NCBI RefSeq assembly: GCF_964194025.1
Contig: NC_134480.1
Span: forward strand, 39,494,001-39,558,000
Source of the DNA: Convolutriloba macropyga
Taxonomy: Eukaryota
Reading direction: 5' to 3'
DNA length: 64,000 nt
In this document: one piece after another, positions 49,406-62,134 of the stretch
How the letters are laid out: every line of letters starts with the position of its first letter
Numbering within the stretch: the first letter of the stretch is position 1
The notes under the pieces: generated by a model
Told to the model about the DNA's origin: nothing
Databases searched by the model: none
What the model saw: the letters and a program-made list of their open reading frames with translations, nothing else
Translations under genes and position numbers: made by a program

Positions 49406-52400
49406 ACTGGATAGAGACATGGGTTTTTAAACCATATATAGTCTCCAAAAAAGATAGTACATGAGTTTCCGATGCAAATATGAAAATATCTTTACAGGAC
49501 TTAAGAGACTTCCTCGAGACGAATAATTGACACTAGGTTTTTGAAAAATATTATCTGAGAAATTCAAGATATCACTTAAATTTTAGGGTTTAAATTTTTA
49601 GACTGTTAGAAGCTACGAAGTTGCAACCATTCGTGCTATTTTTGCCTATATGAAAGCCGCGAGCAGAACTGCAATCCTCAAGATATAATGTTTAAATCTT
49701 AAGAATTCTGAGATCCTTGTTCTTTACAAATTTTTGCTTGTTGTACAGAGAACCTAGTGGCAGGAGCTAGATTCAAACTTAAAAAGATTGAGTTAGAAAA
49801 TCCTCCAGTTTTAAACGTTTTGCTCGACAAATTGATCATTGGGGAGATTAATCAGCCGGCTAATATGAATCACTAAAAATTTTCTCAGTTTTGCTAAAAC
49901 AACTTTTTAGTTTTTTTCGCAATTTTCTTTTCTGATATTATTCTCCTTTAAAGTTACATATATAGTTGATAAATTGTGACTTTAAAATTTAGGGGCCTCA
50001 AGATTGACAAAAAAGCAATTGTAAAGTTATTTGAGAACTCAGGGAAGCCAAAAATTGTGGCTTTTTCTAGTGCTCACGCTACGCTCGAAGAAATCGACTC
50101 AACCAGCGAACTGAAAGGAGCGAATGCTCTCATTCATTTTCAACATTTGTCTTTGTAAATGTCTCAATTTTTTTTCATCACAGTAATTCTGTTTTCTTTG
50201 ATTTTTAAGCGATTTAATAAATTTATCTAAAATGCATTGTTTTCAATTTACTCTGGAATTCATAACAATTTTATTGATGAAGATTTCAACTTTTTAAGAT
50301 TTTTCACGAAATATCGAGCACTTTGTACAAAAATGTCAAAATATCGAGCACTTTGAATTACCACCAGAAAATTTGCGGTATTTGAAATCAACCAAACTCT
50401 GACCGAACAGGAGACAATTTTCAAAACCAGTTTAAGAACGTAAAAAAATGAGACCTTCTTTTCTTGTAGTTTTTCGTCACTTTTTTTGTCGTGGTCATGA
50501 AAATCAAAACTTCTCGATTTATCACTTTTCCGATTCTTTCCCCTTGTTTTTAATAAAGTTTTTTTCTTTCGTAAATTTCAATTCTGCTTGTTAAAAGTTA
50601 ATAATTTAAATGTAAATCGTGGCTAGACTCGAGTAGACGTGAAATAATTCTAGCATCACAGCCTCGATTTTTTTTGCATCTGTTTTGTTGAACAAGAAGA
50701 CTGAAAAATGTTAATTGTTTGTATTTCAATCATACTCATATGACCAAATGTTGTAGATGCAAAGCTAAGTTTGTTGCTTCTTTGCACTCTGAAATAATTT
50801 AGTTTTGTTTCATATCAGTCGAAGTGGAAAATGAATTAAGAAGTCTCATGGGTCTCAGAAGTTTGTCTTTTAGTTTGATCACGTTGATTGTATCAGGTCC
50901 CACAGAAGGGTCTTCATGTAAAATTTTTGAAGCACTCTTTTAATAGAGTGACGGGACTTTTATGATGGTCGTCATTTTCTAAGTTTTTTTCATGCACGAT
51001 ATATATGTAGTCGAAGATAGGCTTTGTTCATCTGAAATAGAATGCCTTCTCTGTTAATAAAAAGCCGAGCCAGAGATTCGTGTTTTGCTCCGTAGAGGCT
51101 AAGTCGTAGACTTTTTGGGACTAAAAGAGCTTTCGATGGCCCTCTTTTACGTGACTTTTATTTCTCACAACTATTATTGAGCTTTCGGGGACATCACTCC
51201 ATACTTACTGAAAGTTTTTGACCACAATATTTACATATAGTTACATTTGTAAAGTAGTTTTGTATAATACTTCAGAGTTTTCCTCCTCCAGAGGTTTGTG
51301 CTAAATACATCATAAGGTACAGTGCGGTATGATAGTTTTTAATCAACATAGCACGCTGTTGTACCACCGAATGAAAAAGTTACTTTCAAAATTGAGATGG
51401 ATTAAATAGATCAGCCGAATTGTGACTCGTCGCGTTTGTTGAAGCCATGTTGATAAAAGTTTTCTCAAAAATTAATTGGTTTCGTCAAATATTTATTTTT
51501 CTAACAGTTTTGAATATTTAATTTTGAGCAAGACAAATAAGTGGATAAGACAGCAGGTGACTTCCATATAGTTTTTTTCCTAAAGACTGGCAGTGATATG
51601 ACTGATTTTCAAAATTAATGGAAAAAGTTCTCTATTACTACAGGACGGATTTATCTAAAGGTTATATAGAGAGTAAAATTTAAAAAAAACATGTTTGAAT
51701 CGTTTCGAAGGAGAGGATCTTTTCAATGGAAGAATAGATGCTCTAAAACTTATCGAGAATATTCGTGGGAATATTTTTGAACAGAAAGCCTGCTCACAAC
51801 GGCCTTCGAAACCGGAAATCGCGAGATTCTCATCAAGAAATGCTTTAATCTTGGAATCAGATGGCTAGTTAACCAGAGGATAAGAACATAGCAAAAGCAA
51901 CGAAATTTTTTTTCAGTTTAACATTTCGAGTTATTGACCGAGACTTTAACGGATGTCCCTCAATGATCATTTCTTGGCCCAAGGCTTTTTTGATATACAT
52001 AAATTGTTTGAAATGTTCACACCTCTGATCACATTATAGATAATGAGAAATTAAGTTTTTCTTTGTTTTCTCCAGTACGAATTGTTCGGATAAGGGATCT
52101 TTGAGATTGTAGATTGGTTTTCGACTTTGTTGGTTCATTTAAAAATCCTCTCTCGGAGGCCACTCTGACAAGAAACTGCGTTTTGGTGCGCCCTTCAGTT
52201 TGCTAAGTAATAATGCTCATCGCTTTAATGCACTACTGTAACACATTGAACTGAATTGAATTCTTCTTAAAATTGATACGTATTTTTCAAGTTGCCTCTA
52301 GTCGCTGATTTGCTTCTGGTTGCTGGTCATCTTGCTTGGTAGATTTTTTAAATCACACGTTGACCATTTGTTTTGCCAGGTACATTTTGTCTCATAATTT

Positions 52401-53133
52401 TGCTGATTTATTTAAAGATTTTGCTGCGACTCAATTATCGTCAAATTGTGCGCTAATCTTAGTAGGTTTTCTGAAAGATAATTAAGCTAAATTTTTTAAG
52501 TAGCTCAGAATCACTCGAACTCGAATCACTACAGATTGCAATCTTAACAAGTTGCAAAGTTGTTTTAACGAATGGCCTTTATCTAGCCTACTTTAAACAT
52601 TGAACCGAATATCCCTGCCGGGTTTTTTCGTATTGTGCAGTTGCTCTTTCTCATTTTTTTTCAAAAAAAAAATGATATTTAAGGCTTGGTGTATAATCCA
52701 ATTTCATAACCCCTCCATCTTACCCCTATTTTCAGAAAAGATTATCTGATTTAATGGAAAGCATAGGTCAATAATGAGTGCTATTATAACCTATAATGGG
52801 AGCTTGAACGGTAAAGTAGCGAGAGATCATATTATTGATTATTTTTCATTCAGAACTCTGAGTCCTACTCAAATTCTGTTCAAATGGAAGGCGTTAAAAG
52901 GGTTGAAAAGTAGTTATCACAAATCGTAGTTCCAGTTTCACTCATTACATGTTCGAAATACGATCCTAAGTTGATAATTTGAAACCCTAATTTTTTCAGT
53001 TTTTACACAATGTTTCTTGTAACTCCTCAATGTCGTTACTATTCTTGCTTGCATACAAAAGCTTTTAATGCTTCTCTATAGCTGTCTGCGGTATTGATGG
53101 CGTTTCAAGGGGCTTGAAAATTGTTCAATTATA

Positions 53134-54208
53134 CTGAACGGCAATAGAAGTTTAGCAGCCCCTATTTTCACGAAGTAAAAATTCAATTTTACTTCAAGTT
53201 CAGATCAGATTTTGAAAACAATTTGCCAATTACACCATTGATTACCTTCGCTAGTCCTCTCGCCTACATACGAAATTCAGATAAAGCGCAGCGTTCATTC
53301 ACCAGAAATCCTCTTTAAAAAGAAAGTTGTCACAGGATCACAATTTATTCACATCGTTTCTCTCTAATGTTTAATGCAAGTATAAACTTTGCCATAATTG
53401 GGCAAAACTGAAAACATATTACATCTTGTGACAACTTTCGTTTTTACCGCGAAACGGATGGAGCTCGTCAACTTTTACATTGGGGTTTCTGGTGTACTGA
53501 ACGGCAAAAGTAAGTTAGCACCCTCTATTCTTACGATGTAAAAATTCATTTTTTGAAACAATATCATTCCAATTTGAAAGCCCAATTTGAAAACAATTAT
53601 TACACCATTGATCCCCTACACTAGTCTTCTCGCGTACTTATGAAATCCAGATAAAAAACATTCACTTACCAGAAATCCTAATGTAAAATTAATGAACTTC
53701 GTCCAAGTTTCACAGTAAAAAGAAAGTAGTCTCAACAATTGATATGTTTTCACGTTTTTCAGCTATGAGTGAGTTTGCATTTGCCCTAAACAGGAGGCAG
53801 AAAAGATGTGATTAAAACGTAATATCGTGACGACTTTCTTTTTCTTGAGACGTGGATGGAGTTATCAACTTTACATTGAGATTTCGGGTGAGCGAGCTTT
53901 TTGGTTTACTTGAATTTCACAAGTAGACGAGAGGATTAGTGTAGAGGATCAATGGTGTAAAAAATTTTTCGATACTTGATTTAAAGTTAGAGTAATATTG
54001 CCTCGAAAATTGAGTTTTTTTCTTCTTGAAAATAGGGAGTGCTAACTTAATTTTGGGTTGGGTTTTATCCGAATTTCATACTAGTGTAGGGAAGCAATGG
54101 TGTTAAAATTGTTTTCTAAATTTAATTGGAGTAAAATGGCCTGAAAAATAGAATTTTTACTTCGTGAAAGTAGGGGGGGGGGGGTGCTAATTTACTTCTG
54201 CCGTTCAA
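53134..54208. mobile_element. Foldback/MITE-like DNA transposon(s) with long imperfect TIRs, flanked by TA
   Basis: ta-ctgaacggca at 53132 and again at 53495; tgccgttcaa-ta at 54199-54210. ttcacgaagtaaaaattc pairs with gaatttttacttcgtgaa. Further internal inverted blocks. Confidence 0.75.
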
Positions 54209-54712
54209 TATAAAGATATGAAAATCTTGTACCGACTTTTTTGCGTACTATAAGCTTCTGATTTGAGTATAAAGTGGTACTTGCATTTTCGCGCAACAAA
54301 ACTATGAGAGAATGAACTGGTTTCGTACAGAACTGCTTTCTTTTTAATCTTGTGACATGTCGTATTCTATTTCGAGTGAAGCTTTTAATCAAGTAGAACT
54401 GTGCCACGCCTTCCTTGAGTCGTTTCTTGTCTAATCGGGGATCCAAGTCATTGACCGATGCACACCTTTTAATGATGCAATCGATGGGTCTCATTGGGTG
54501 TTCCTAATTAAACAATTTCACACGATAACAGAAGTCGATCAAATATTGGGGTCACTTTTGTCTGCTTTTAACCTTCAAGTAACCGAAACTTAAACAATTT
54601 CATTTGCCACTATTTTTCGGACCTTTCATTTTCTACTGCTGAATCAATTGTAATCCTTTTAAATAAACTGATTGTAACTCAGAATTAAGTGATCTTATTA
54701 TAACAACTTATA

Positions 54713-55990
54713 ATGAATGGTCACTGTGAGACAATTGAGAATGGTTTTGACAACGATAATGGGTTTGAACTAGCCGTACCAGTCTCATCAAGAGCTATTA
54801 ACACCTTTAACCCGATCCGAAGTATTGTCGATCAGATGAAAATTGAGCCCAATATTCACAAGAGCTTCATTCCACTCTCAATTGGAGACCCAACAACCTT
54901 TGGGAATCTTCCGATCAGCGGCGCGACTAAAGATGCCATTTATGACGTCATGGAATTGGGAAAATGTCATGATTATGCGCCATCTGATGGATTTATGTCC
55001 GTGAAAAAAGCCATAGCTGAATTCTACACTAGTGAAAATTCACCTCTATCTCCTAATGACGTAATTCTGACGTCATCGTGTAGTGGCGCTATTGACTTGG
55101 CAATTGGAGCTTTAGCCGAGGAGGGAGCTTCAATTTTAATACCTAGACCAGGTTTTAGCATCTATCAAACCTTGACAACTGTTTATAATGTTAAAGTTAA
55201 ACATTATAATTTACTACCTGATCAAAATTGGGAAGCTGATTTGAACCAGTTAGAGGAATTGATTGATCTCAAAACTTCAGCAATTGTTGTTTGCAACCCT
55301 TCAAACCCTTGCGGATCTGTTTGGTCAGCTTCGCATATTTCAGAAATCATTGCGATAGCTGAACGATATCATCTGCCAATTATAGCGGACGAAATTTACG
55401 CAGATATGGTATTTTCTGACTGTAAATTTGTACCGTTTTCAAAGATGTCTAAAAATGTACCGATATTAACCATGGGAGGCTTAGCTAAACGTTGGCTTGT
55501 TCCTGGGTGGAGAATTGGTTGGATTTTAATTCATGATCGTCACAATAAATTCCGATTTGTAAGAAAAGGCTTGAAAAATTTATCTCAGAGAATTCTTGGA
55601 CCTAATTCCGTATGCCAATCAGCAGTTCCTAAAATATTGAAGAATACGCCCAAAGAGTTCTATCAAGAAGTAGTGACTACAATTGAGAAAAACGCAAAAT
55701 TTGCTTTCAAAATGTTAAAAGGTTGCCCGGGTTTAAAACCCATAATGCCCTCGGGCGCAATGTACATGATGATAGGAATCGATACGTCACGATTCCCGTT
55801 CGGATTGAACGATATGAATTTTACGGAAGATTTGGTCAGAGAGCAAAGTGTATTTTGTCTGCCTGGGTCATGTTTTCACTACCCTAACTACTTCAGAATA
55901 GTGCTTACTGTCCCTCCAGAAATGATTGAAGAGGCCTGTCTGAGAATCAATGAATTTTGCAGGAACAAACTTGAAAATACTGAAAAGTAG
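54713..55990 (+). CDS. TAT: Tyrosine aminotransferase (PLP-dependent, class I), intronless
   Basis: Motifs NPIRSIVD, LSIGDPT, NPSNPCG, IADEIY, PLP lysine in GGLAKRWLVPGWRIGW, GAMYMM and FCLPG...YFRIV. Confidence 0.95.
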   Translation: MNGHCETIENGFDNDNGFELAVPVSSRAINTFNPIRSIVDQMKIEPNIHKSFIPLSIGDPTTFGNLPISGATKDAIYDVMELGKCHDYAPSDGFMSVKKAIAEFYTSENSPLSPNDVILTSSCSGAIDLAIGALAEEGASILIPRPGFSIYQTLTTVYNVKVKHYNLLPDQNWEADLNQLEELIDLKTSAIVVCNPSNPCGSVWSASHISEIIAIAERYHLPIIADEIYADMVFSDCKFVPFSKMSKNVPILTMGGLAKRWLVPGWRIGWILIHDRHNKFRFVRKGLKNLSQRILGPNSVCQSAVPKILKNTPKEFYQEVVTTIEKNAKFAFKMLKGCPGLKPIMPSGAMYMMIGIDTSRFPFGLNDMNFTEDLVREQSVFCLPGSCFHYPNYFRIVLTVPPEMIEEACLRINEFCRNKLENTEK

Positions 55991-57292
55991 CTACAGCTGT
56001 TTAATTTTTAGATACTTCAGGAGCTGTTTCGTTTCCCCGTGAACAGAATTTTTGTTATGATTAGTATGAGTGAATAAACTGATGCTTGTTATTGCTCAAA
56101 AAATTTTGTATAGCCAGCCAGGTATGAGGTCGGACTAGCCATTACAATCAGTTTTTAACATCATAAAGGTGTAAAAAACTATAGATGGCCAAGTTGTCCA
56201 CCGGGGGAAGGAAACAACTCATTATTTCACAATCAATTTATTTCGTCACATTTTAAACAGTTTGTATCACAGATTAGCTATTCTAAAAAGTTTTTTTTTT
56301 AAAAAATAAATTGAAGCAATGAGTAGATATTGAACGCATTATTTGCTGAAAACGATGAATGATGAATAGACAGCTGGGGCAATTAGCGAGTTTATAACAG
56401 CTCATATGTAAGTTCGTTTTGTCGTTTTTGCGTGGCTTCAATTAGCGTTTTCTTTATGAAGTTCTCTTAATGACTTTATTATCTAAAGTTATCTTTATTA
56501 ACTTATCTTTATGAAGTCAATCAGGCTCAATTTTATCACTTTTTGTTAGTAAGGGCCACTTTTGTTCTTCAGATTTTTTGACAGAAAAACGCATTGAGTT
56601 GTCTTGTCAATGAAATCTAATGAATTCGGCTTCGGCCTTCTTGTCTCGCGTGCAATCAATTTTCTTATTGTAGGCAGTTTTCTATTGAAGTATTTGCCTG
56701 GTATAAACGTTCTTTGCAAATCTGAGAACTGTTTGAGTCTTGACGGTACTTTAATGAAGGAAATTGTCAATAAATAATGAAGACTGTATAACGCTAGAGT
56801 GAAAGTAGAGCATTTATACACCCAATTCGAATATTTCAATTTCAGCAGCCTGTTACAAAATATGGCGAAGACTGTTTGTTTTTTTTTATTTCGAATATAA
56901 ACTTATACTTTAAAAATTCATAGCGTAAAGAGGTATGTCTATCCTTAGTCGTGATTTTGCGTGATTAAACTTTGTTAAAAAAAGTTTAAAACAAACTTAA
57001 AAAACTATGGAAGGGATGAAAATATCGAATGAAATTGTTTGAAGAAATCTTGCTCGGGAAGTTTTTCAAAATGACCTAACGAAAAAGAGCAGGATATATT
57101 GAAGTTGAAAGTCAACAATCCGGGGCTAGAAAAAGGTTGAAACAGCTTACATGTTGACTTCCGACATGTTAGATCGCCAATCAAAGCCACTTTTGTCCTC
57201 TAACAAATACACAAGTTGACCTCTAGCACAAAATAAGAGAACAAATTACCAGCTAGAGGGGGTGACCAATGGAAACTTATTAACGATCCTGT

Positions 57293-57853
57293 CGTGTGGG
57301 CCATAATTATTTCAAATCACTTTGCCACTATAGCACTAAAGAGCTGAACTCCAAAGCTGATACCATTTAAAGAACACATAATCAAATTATTGTTTGATAT
57401 TAACTTACGATTTTGCTCATGATTAATAAAGATTTTGCTGACCAAGAGTTTTTTTGTCTTTTCTTATTAACGTCAAAATTACTTAAAACGTTGGGTTCAT
57501 TACACCGCAGAGGTATACCACAAAATTTCCGCCTTAGTAAAATTCACTTGAAAATTAGATACATAAAATGAACGTGTGGGCCATAATTTTTTCAAATCAC
57601 TTTGCCACTATAGCACTAAAGAGCTGAACTCCAAAGCTGATACCATTTAAAGAACACATAATCAAATTATTGTTTGATATTAACTTACGATTTTGCTCAT
57701 GATTAATAAAGATTTTGCTGACCAAGAGTTTTTTGTCTTTTCTTATTAACGTCAAAATTACTTAAAACGTTGGGTTCATTACACCGCAGAGGTATACCAC
57801 AAAATTTCCGCCTTAGTAAAATTCACTTGAAAATTAGATACATAAAATGAACG
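57293..57853. repeat. Near-perfect 280-bp tandem duplication
   Basis: cgtgtgggccataatt at 57293 and 57573; about two differences between the copies. Confidence 0.95.
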
Positions 57854-58214
57854 AAATTAGGAGACATCCTTTGTATCTTAATTTTCAGAAAAGGGGTTTC
57901 GCCAATGTTACGAAATAAAAGAACTTTCATATCGTAAAATAGGTTATAACTCTTGTAGCACGTTTCCGATCATTTTAGGTATCTATTATTCGCATTAAAA
58001 GTATCTCTAATCCAGAGTTGAGCCTAATTAAATGCGCGCATTTTGAGCTTGCAAAGTGATTTAATACTTTGTAATAAGCACTTTAATGAAGATTTAATTG
58101 AAGCTTTCAAAGCATGAAAGTGCTTTAAATACAAGCAACCACAAAAACTGAAAATTTTCCGAAAAATCCCTCGCACATCAAAGGTTTTGTATATTAATGT
58201 GGGTCTGCCCGATT

Positions 58215-58358
58215 TTAATAAGTAGTAATAAATAGTACTAATAAGTAGTAATAAAGTACTATGAGTAGTAATAAAGTAGTAATAAGTAGTAATCAAGTAC
58301 TACTAGTAGCAATAAGTTAGGCTTAATTAAATAAGTAGTAATTAAGTTAGGCTTAATT
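58215..58358. repeat. AGT/AAT-rich low-complexity tract
   Basis: Repeated aagtagtaat, and taagttaggcttaatt twice. Confidence 0.7.
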
Positions 58359-58764
58359 GTGGATTATAGGGCGAAATCGAGTTACGTTGCGTGTGAAAAA
58401 GAGATACCTAAATGGAGCAGATTCGTGATGCAAAATTTGCAAAATATAGGATACATAGCTTGTACTTTTTTTGCGCGGCTAAAATTTGGACACTTTTGCG
58501 AACACGGGTTGCGCAATTCCGTTCGATTTTGCCTCTTTTTGCTAAAGTAGCTATTTTCCGCAATATTGTTGCATTTCCGCAATATTGTTGAAAATGCAAC
58601 AATATTATGCAACAACAGTATTAACATAGGAAAAACGAACACGAGATACAGATCGGGCATATTTGCCCGTGGCGATTTGCGTATACCTCTGCGGTGTAAT
58701 GTTTGTAGGAACGTTGAAACTAACGTCGAAATTCAGAATTTCATTAGTGGACCTAAAACACACT

Positions 58765-59103
58765 TTGTAGCAATTTTATCAGCCCTCCGGTCTTTTTCAT
58801 TGCGATTTTTTGCTTGATCATTTTTTCGTCTGTTGCTTTCAACAAGTTCTTAAAAAAATGGATAAATAGCTGAGGCCATAAATTTGGTGAGCAGCTCTCT
58901 CTGAGAGCGTTTCTAATCTCAAGATATACAATTCACCGAAGCTACTGAATCGGCATAAATTATACGAATGGGCAGTTTTTGCCGCTTTGGATCCCCTCAT
59001 CACGTCAGCACCCCCACCCTTCCACTCTCCACCTCCAAGGTGGCTTCTACCGAAGGCAACCATTAGCCGTCCATTTGAGAGCAATAATTTAAGTCAGTTA
59101 TTT
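58765..59103 (+). mobile_element. Diverged family A copy
   Basis: tttgtagcaatt...tgcgattttttgcttga matches the A body; 3' tttgagagcaat...gtcagttattt. Confidence 0.5.
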
Positions 59104-60366
59104 GACAATCTTGCGAAATTGTCAAGGCTGTGCGAATCAATAATAATGAATTCAGAAATCAGTAAAATTATAAACTTCATAGTCTGCCTTTGAAGGCTAA
59201 TAGACAACAAAATGCATTGTGATACCCGGAATGGAGCATTTCCAAGCCACAAGAACGCTAAAATTGGACACCGGGCTGGTGATTGTAGATGCTCTTAGAA
59301 TTAGAAAGAAAAAAACAGTCACAGAAAGAAATAAATAGTCCCGTTTTTCGACGGAATTGTATGCCTCTCGGTGCACAACTAGCAGAATGTTGATGATAAC
59401 TGGTGCTCGTGCAATTTTTTTCAAATCTATATGCGCTCTTTAATGGGATTCGCGGACTGTCTTTTTGCTTGATTATTTATGCCATTAAAATGGATTAATT
59501 GTTCAGTACTCTTGATCGCCGAGTTTTAAGCATTCACTTCAATTAGTATGTTCAAAAATGAGCAAAATATGTTCTATGATTTTTAAGTTTTTAGTTTAGC
59601 TACAACGGTAACAATGAAATACAACAAGAATGTCCAGGAAACCTGACAAGACTTCTTAACGAAGAAATTTTATGTTTTCTCATTTTAAAACCTATCTGAG
59701 CTAGACCAATGACCTCTTTAATTGTTCAGCAAGTTTAGTGCTCAAATGCTAGGAGAACTGAGTTCGTTGTGAAAGTTCGTGTCTATTTGAATTTAGTTAG
59801 AGCAGGATACTTCAAGTTTTTTTTGCCCTGACTGTCCTAATCATGGCTTCGTAAAACCTGCAATTCTGTGTAAAATGTATCTGCATGAGTTTTCGATGCA
59901 ATTTTTGGAATAAATATTTGTTTTCAATTCAAGACAATTATTTTTTGATAGAGTTTAACTCTATGAGTTATTAATTCCTTTTTCTCTAGTTCGCTCTTGT
60001 TAAATGTTTGTCAAAAGATTTGGCTCCGCCTCGAATTAAAAGCCCGAAATAGGCTGTGACAGATTTTATATGGCATGACATGATTCCCAGCTCCTTCGCA
60101 ATGCCGTGATCGGGAAACATTCGCTTTCTTAATTTCAACCCACGGAAGCGATGAAGACCAGAGCAAAGCTATTGTTTGCTTCGGAAATCGCGGGATAGTT
60201 TTCTTTGGCAGCCGAGAGGGAGAGTGACAACTAAAATAAGACTATCACCGAGGAAATAGAAAGCCGACTAAATAAAAGCTAACCAAAATTTTTAAAATCA
60301 GCGCTCAAAAATAGTACATCAATAGGTAATGGCTAGTCATATTCAATTCTGAAGCATCAAGAAAGT

Positions 60367-60623
60367 GGTGTCAGGACAATTTACCCAATGCCATTATACC
60401 CAATGCCAAAATACCCAATGCCATTATACCCAATGCCATTATACCCAATGCCAATATACCCAATGCCAATATACCCAATGCCATTATACACAATGTACTT
60501 TGATATTGCCGTTCAATAATCCGACAACAAATTAGCAGTCGCTGTTACCCGTATGTTTTGACATACTTAATGGCCATGGCCATTAAGTATGTTAAATGGC
60601 ATTGGGTAAATTGTCATGTAACC
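60367..60623. mobile_element. Mutator-type MITE with 9-bp TSD and internal 15-bp minisatellite
   Basis: TSD caagaaagt at 60358-60366 and 60624-60632. GG...CC termini. TIR core gacaatttacccaatgccatt pairs with aatggcattgggtaaattgtc. Confidence 0.85.
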
Positions 60624-62111
60624 CAAGAAAGTCATTATATGTGAATAGTGTTTCTGCGGGTTCACCAATCTAACGGCCATGACTCTTAAGAGCTGTGTGG
60701 TGTAATATGGGAATCGCGACCTGGTTATGACTGTGGAGAACAGAGCGCTCACCGCTCCCCCACGGACTATACAGAATAAAGCTTCCTCTTAAATTTTTGG
60801 CTTAAATGACACGATTTTCAAAGTTGAGCTTGTTCCTAAAGATCTTTTTCATTAGGCAGGTGAAGATATCGATCTACCCAATTTGGCTCTTTTTTAAATG
60901 GACTTGCACGAAGTTCGCAGAACTCATTGTATGGTATGTAGGAACTAAAATAATATAATACCTATAGAGTCCGTTAGGCATGTGAGTCTGTAATGCATGC
61001 GATGCTGATTTCAGATATAAATGTGCTATTTGCATGGGTGCTGGTGGGCGGCTCTGTGGGTGTGGGTTACAGCTGTGTCATTTTTAGCCCAGCAGAGTGC
61101 TGCCTTCCCTGAGAACACAAAGTGGTCCATACACAAGAGACTTGATGTCACCCACCGAGCCATGTTTGAGGTAGGTTGAAGTTCAGTAAAGTGTCAGTAG
61201 TTTATCACGACTTTATCACGAGAATGTGATAAACTTTTTGTTGGATGCCCATCGTGTGCAAAGCTTTTATCTTGTTGAGGCCATAAAGAATTTTCATGTG
61301 CGTCTATTTTGTAAATCGCATTTGAACTTCTCAACGATAGTTGGAATGTTGCCCTAATAGATGATTGGATTTTGGCTTTAAAAAATGAGACAAACCGATT
61401 CTTTGCATTTTTGCTTTTGGCTGTTAAATTAAGAGGACGCCGGTAGAGCCGAATGAACGTAGAGTAGAGTGCTTTAAATGAGATTTGACGCCAAGTATTT
61501 CCCGAGCTGTGATTGGCCTACATTTCTAAATTTCTAAGGCATTTTAAAGGCATTTAAAAATGTGAAGGCATTTTTGTGAAAAATACCTATTAAACAGCGT
61601 AACGAAGGTCTATCGTGGTCGAAACCTCCTCCTTCGTGGTTTTTCGAAACGAAGCTGATAGGTATCTTCCCCGTTTTCCTCTGTTTTGACTTTTAAAAAG
61701 TAAGCTGGTTTCGCTTTTGTCAATAAAGTAAACAATACAAAAACTATATTTCAAGTAATTGTTCTTTTTCAAAAAATTAATCCTCAAATTAGTGTATTTG
61801 TTGAACTTTCTCCTATATACGGAGTTTATCTCTTATTTACAGCGAAACACATCAGTTATCACATAAGTTGCTTTCATCTAACGCTTCTGACTCTCATCAA
61901 TGTTCACCAACCCACTAACACCTCTTCTGAAAGGACGCTTGTATTGACGAACGGATGTTGAGCAGAATGTGTTTCGCACTAACTTTTAAAGATGTTATAT
62001 CGGTCTTTTAGAGTTTATATTCAAGGTAATTAACTAGAATTTCCGCCATGTTACCAAGACGTATTATCGTTTGTCACGCACCTATTTCGTCCCTCATAGT
62101 TTCGTGATGAT

Positions 62112-62134
62112 NNNNNNNNNNNNNNNNNNNNNNN
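62112..62134. other. Assembly gap
   Basis: Run of N. Confidence 0.99.

Noticed and set aside
4396-55990. Functional gene cluster or operon of ALDH3, LRR1, NRAMP and TAT
   Set aside because: The genes are co-oriented but functionally unrelated and mostly separated by many kb of repeats.
7619-59103. Absolute + strand bias of the HINE-like elements
   Set aside because: A minus-strand family C copy exists at 27713-28256, and reading by eye under-detects reverse copies.
60381-60495. CRISPR-like array
   Set aside because: The repeats are contiguous with no unique spacers, the context is eukaryotic, and they lie inside a MITE.
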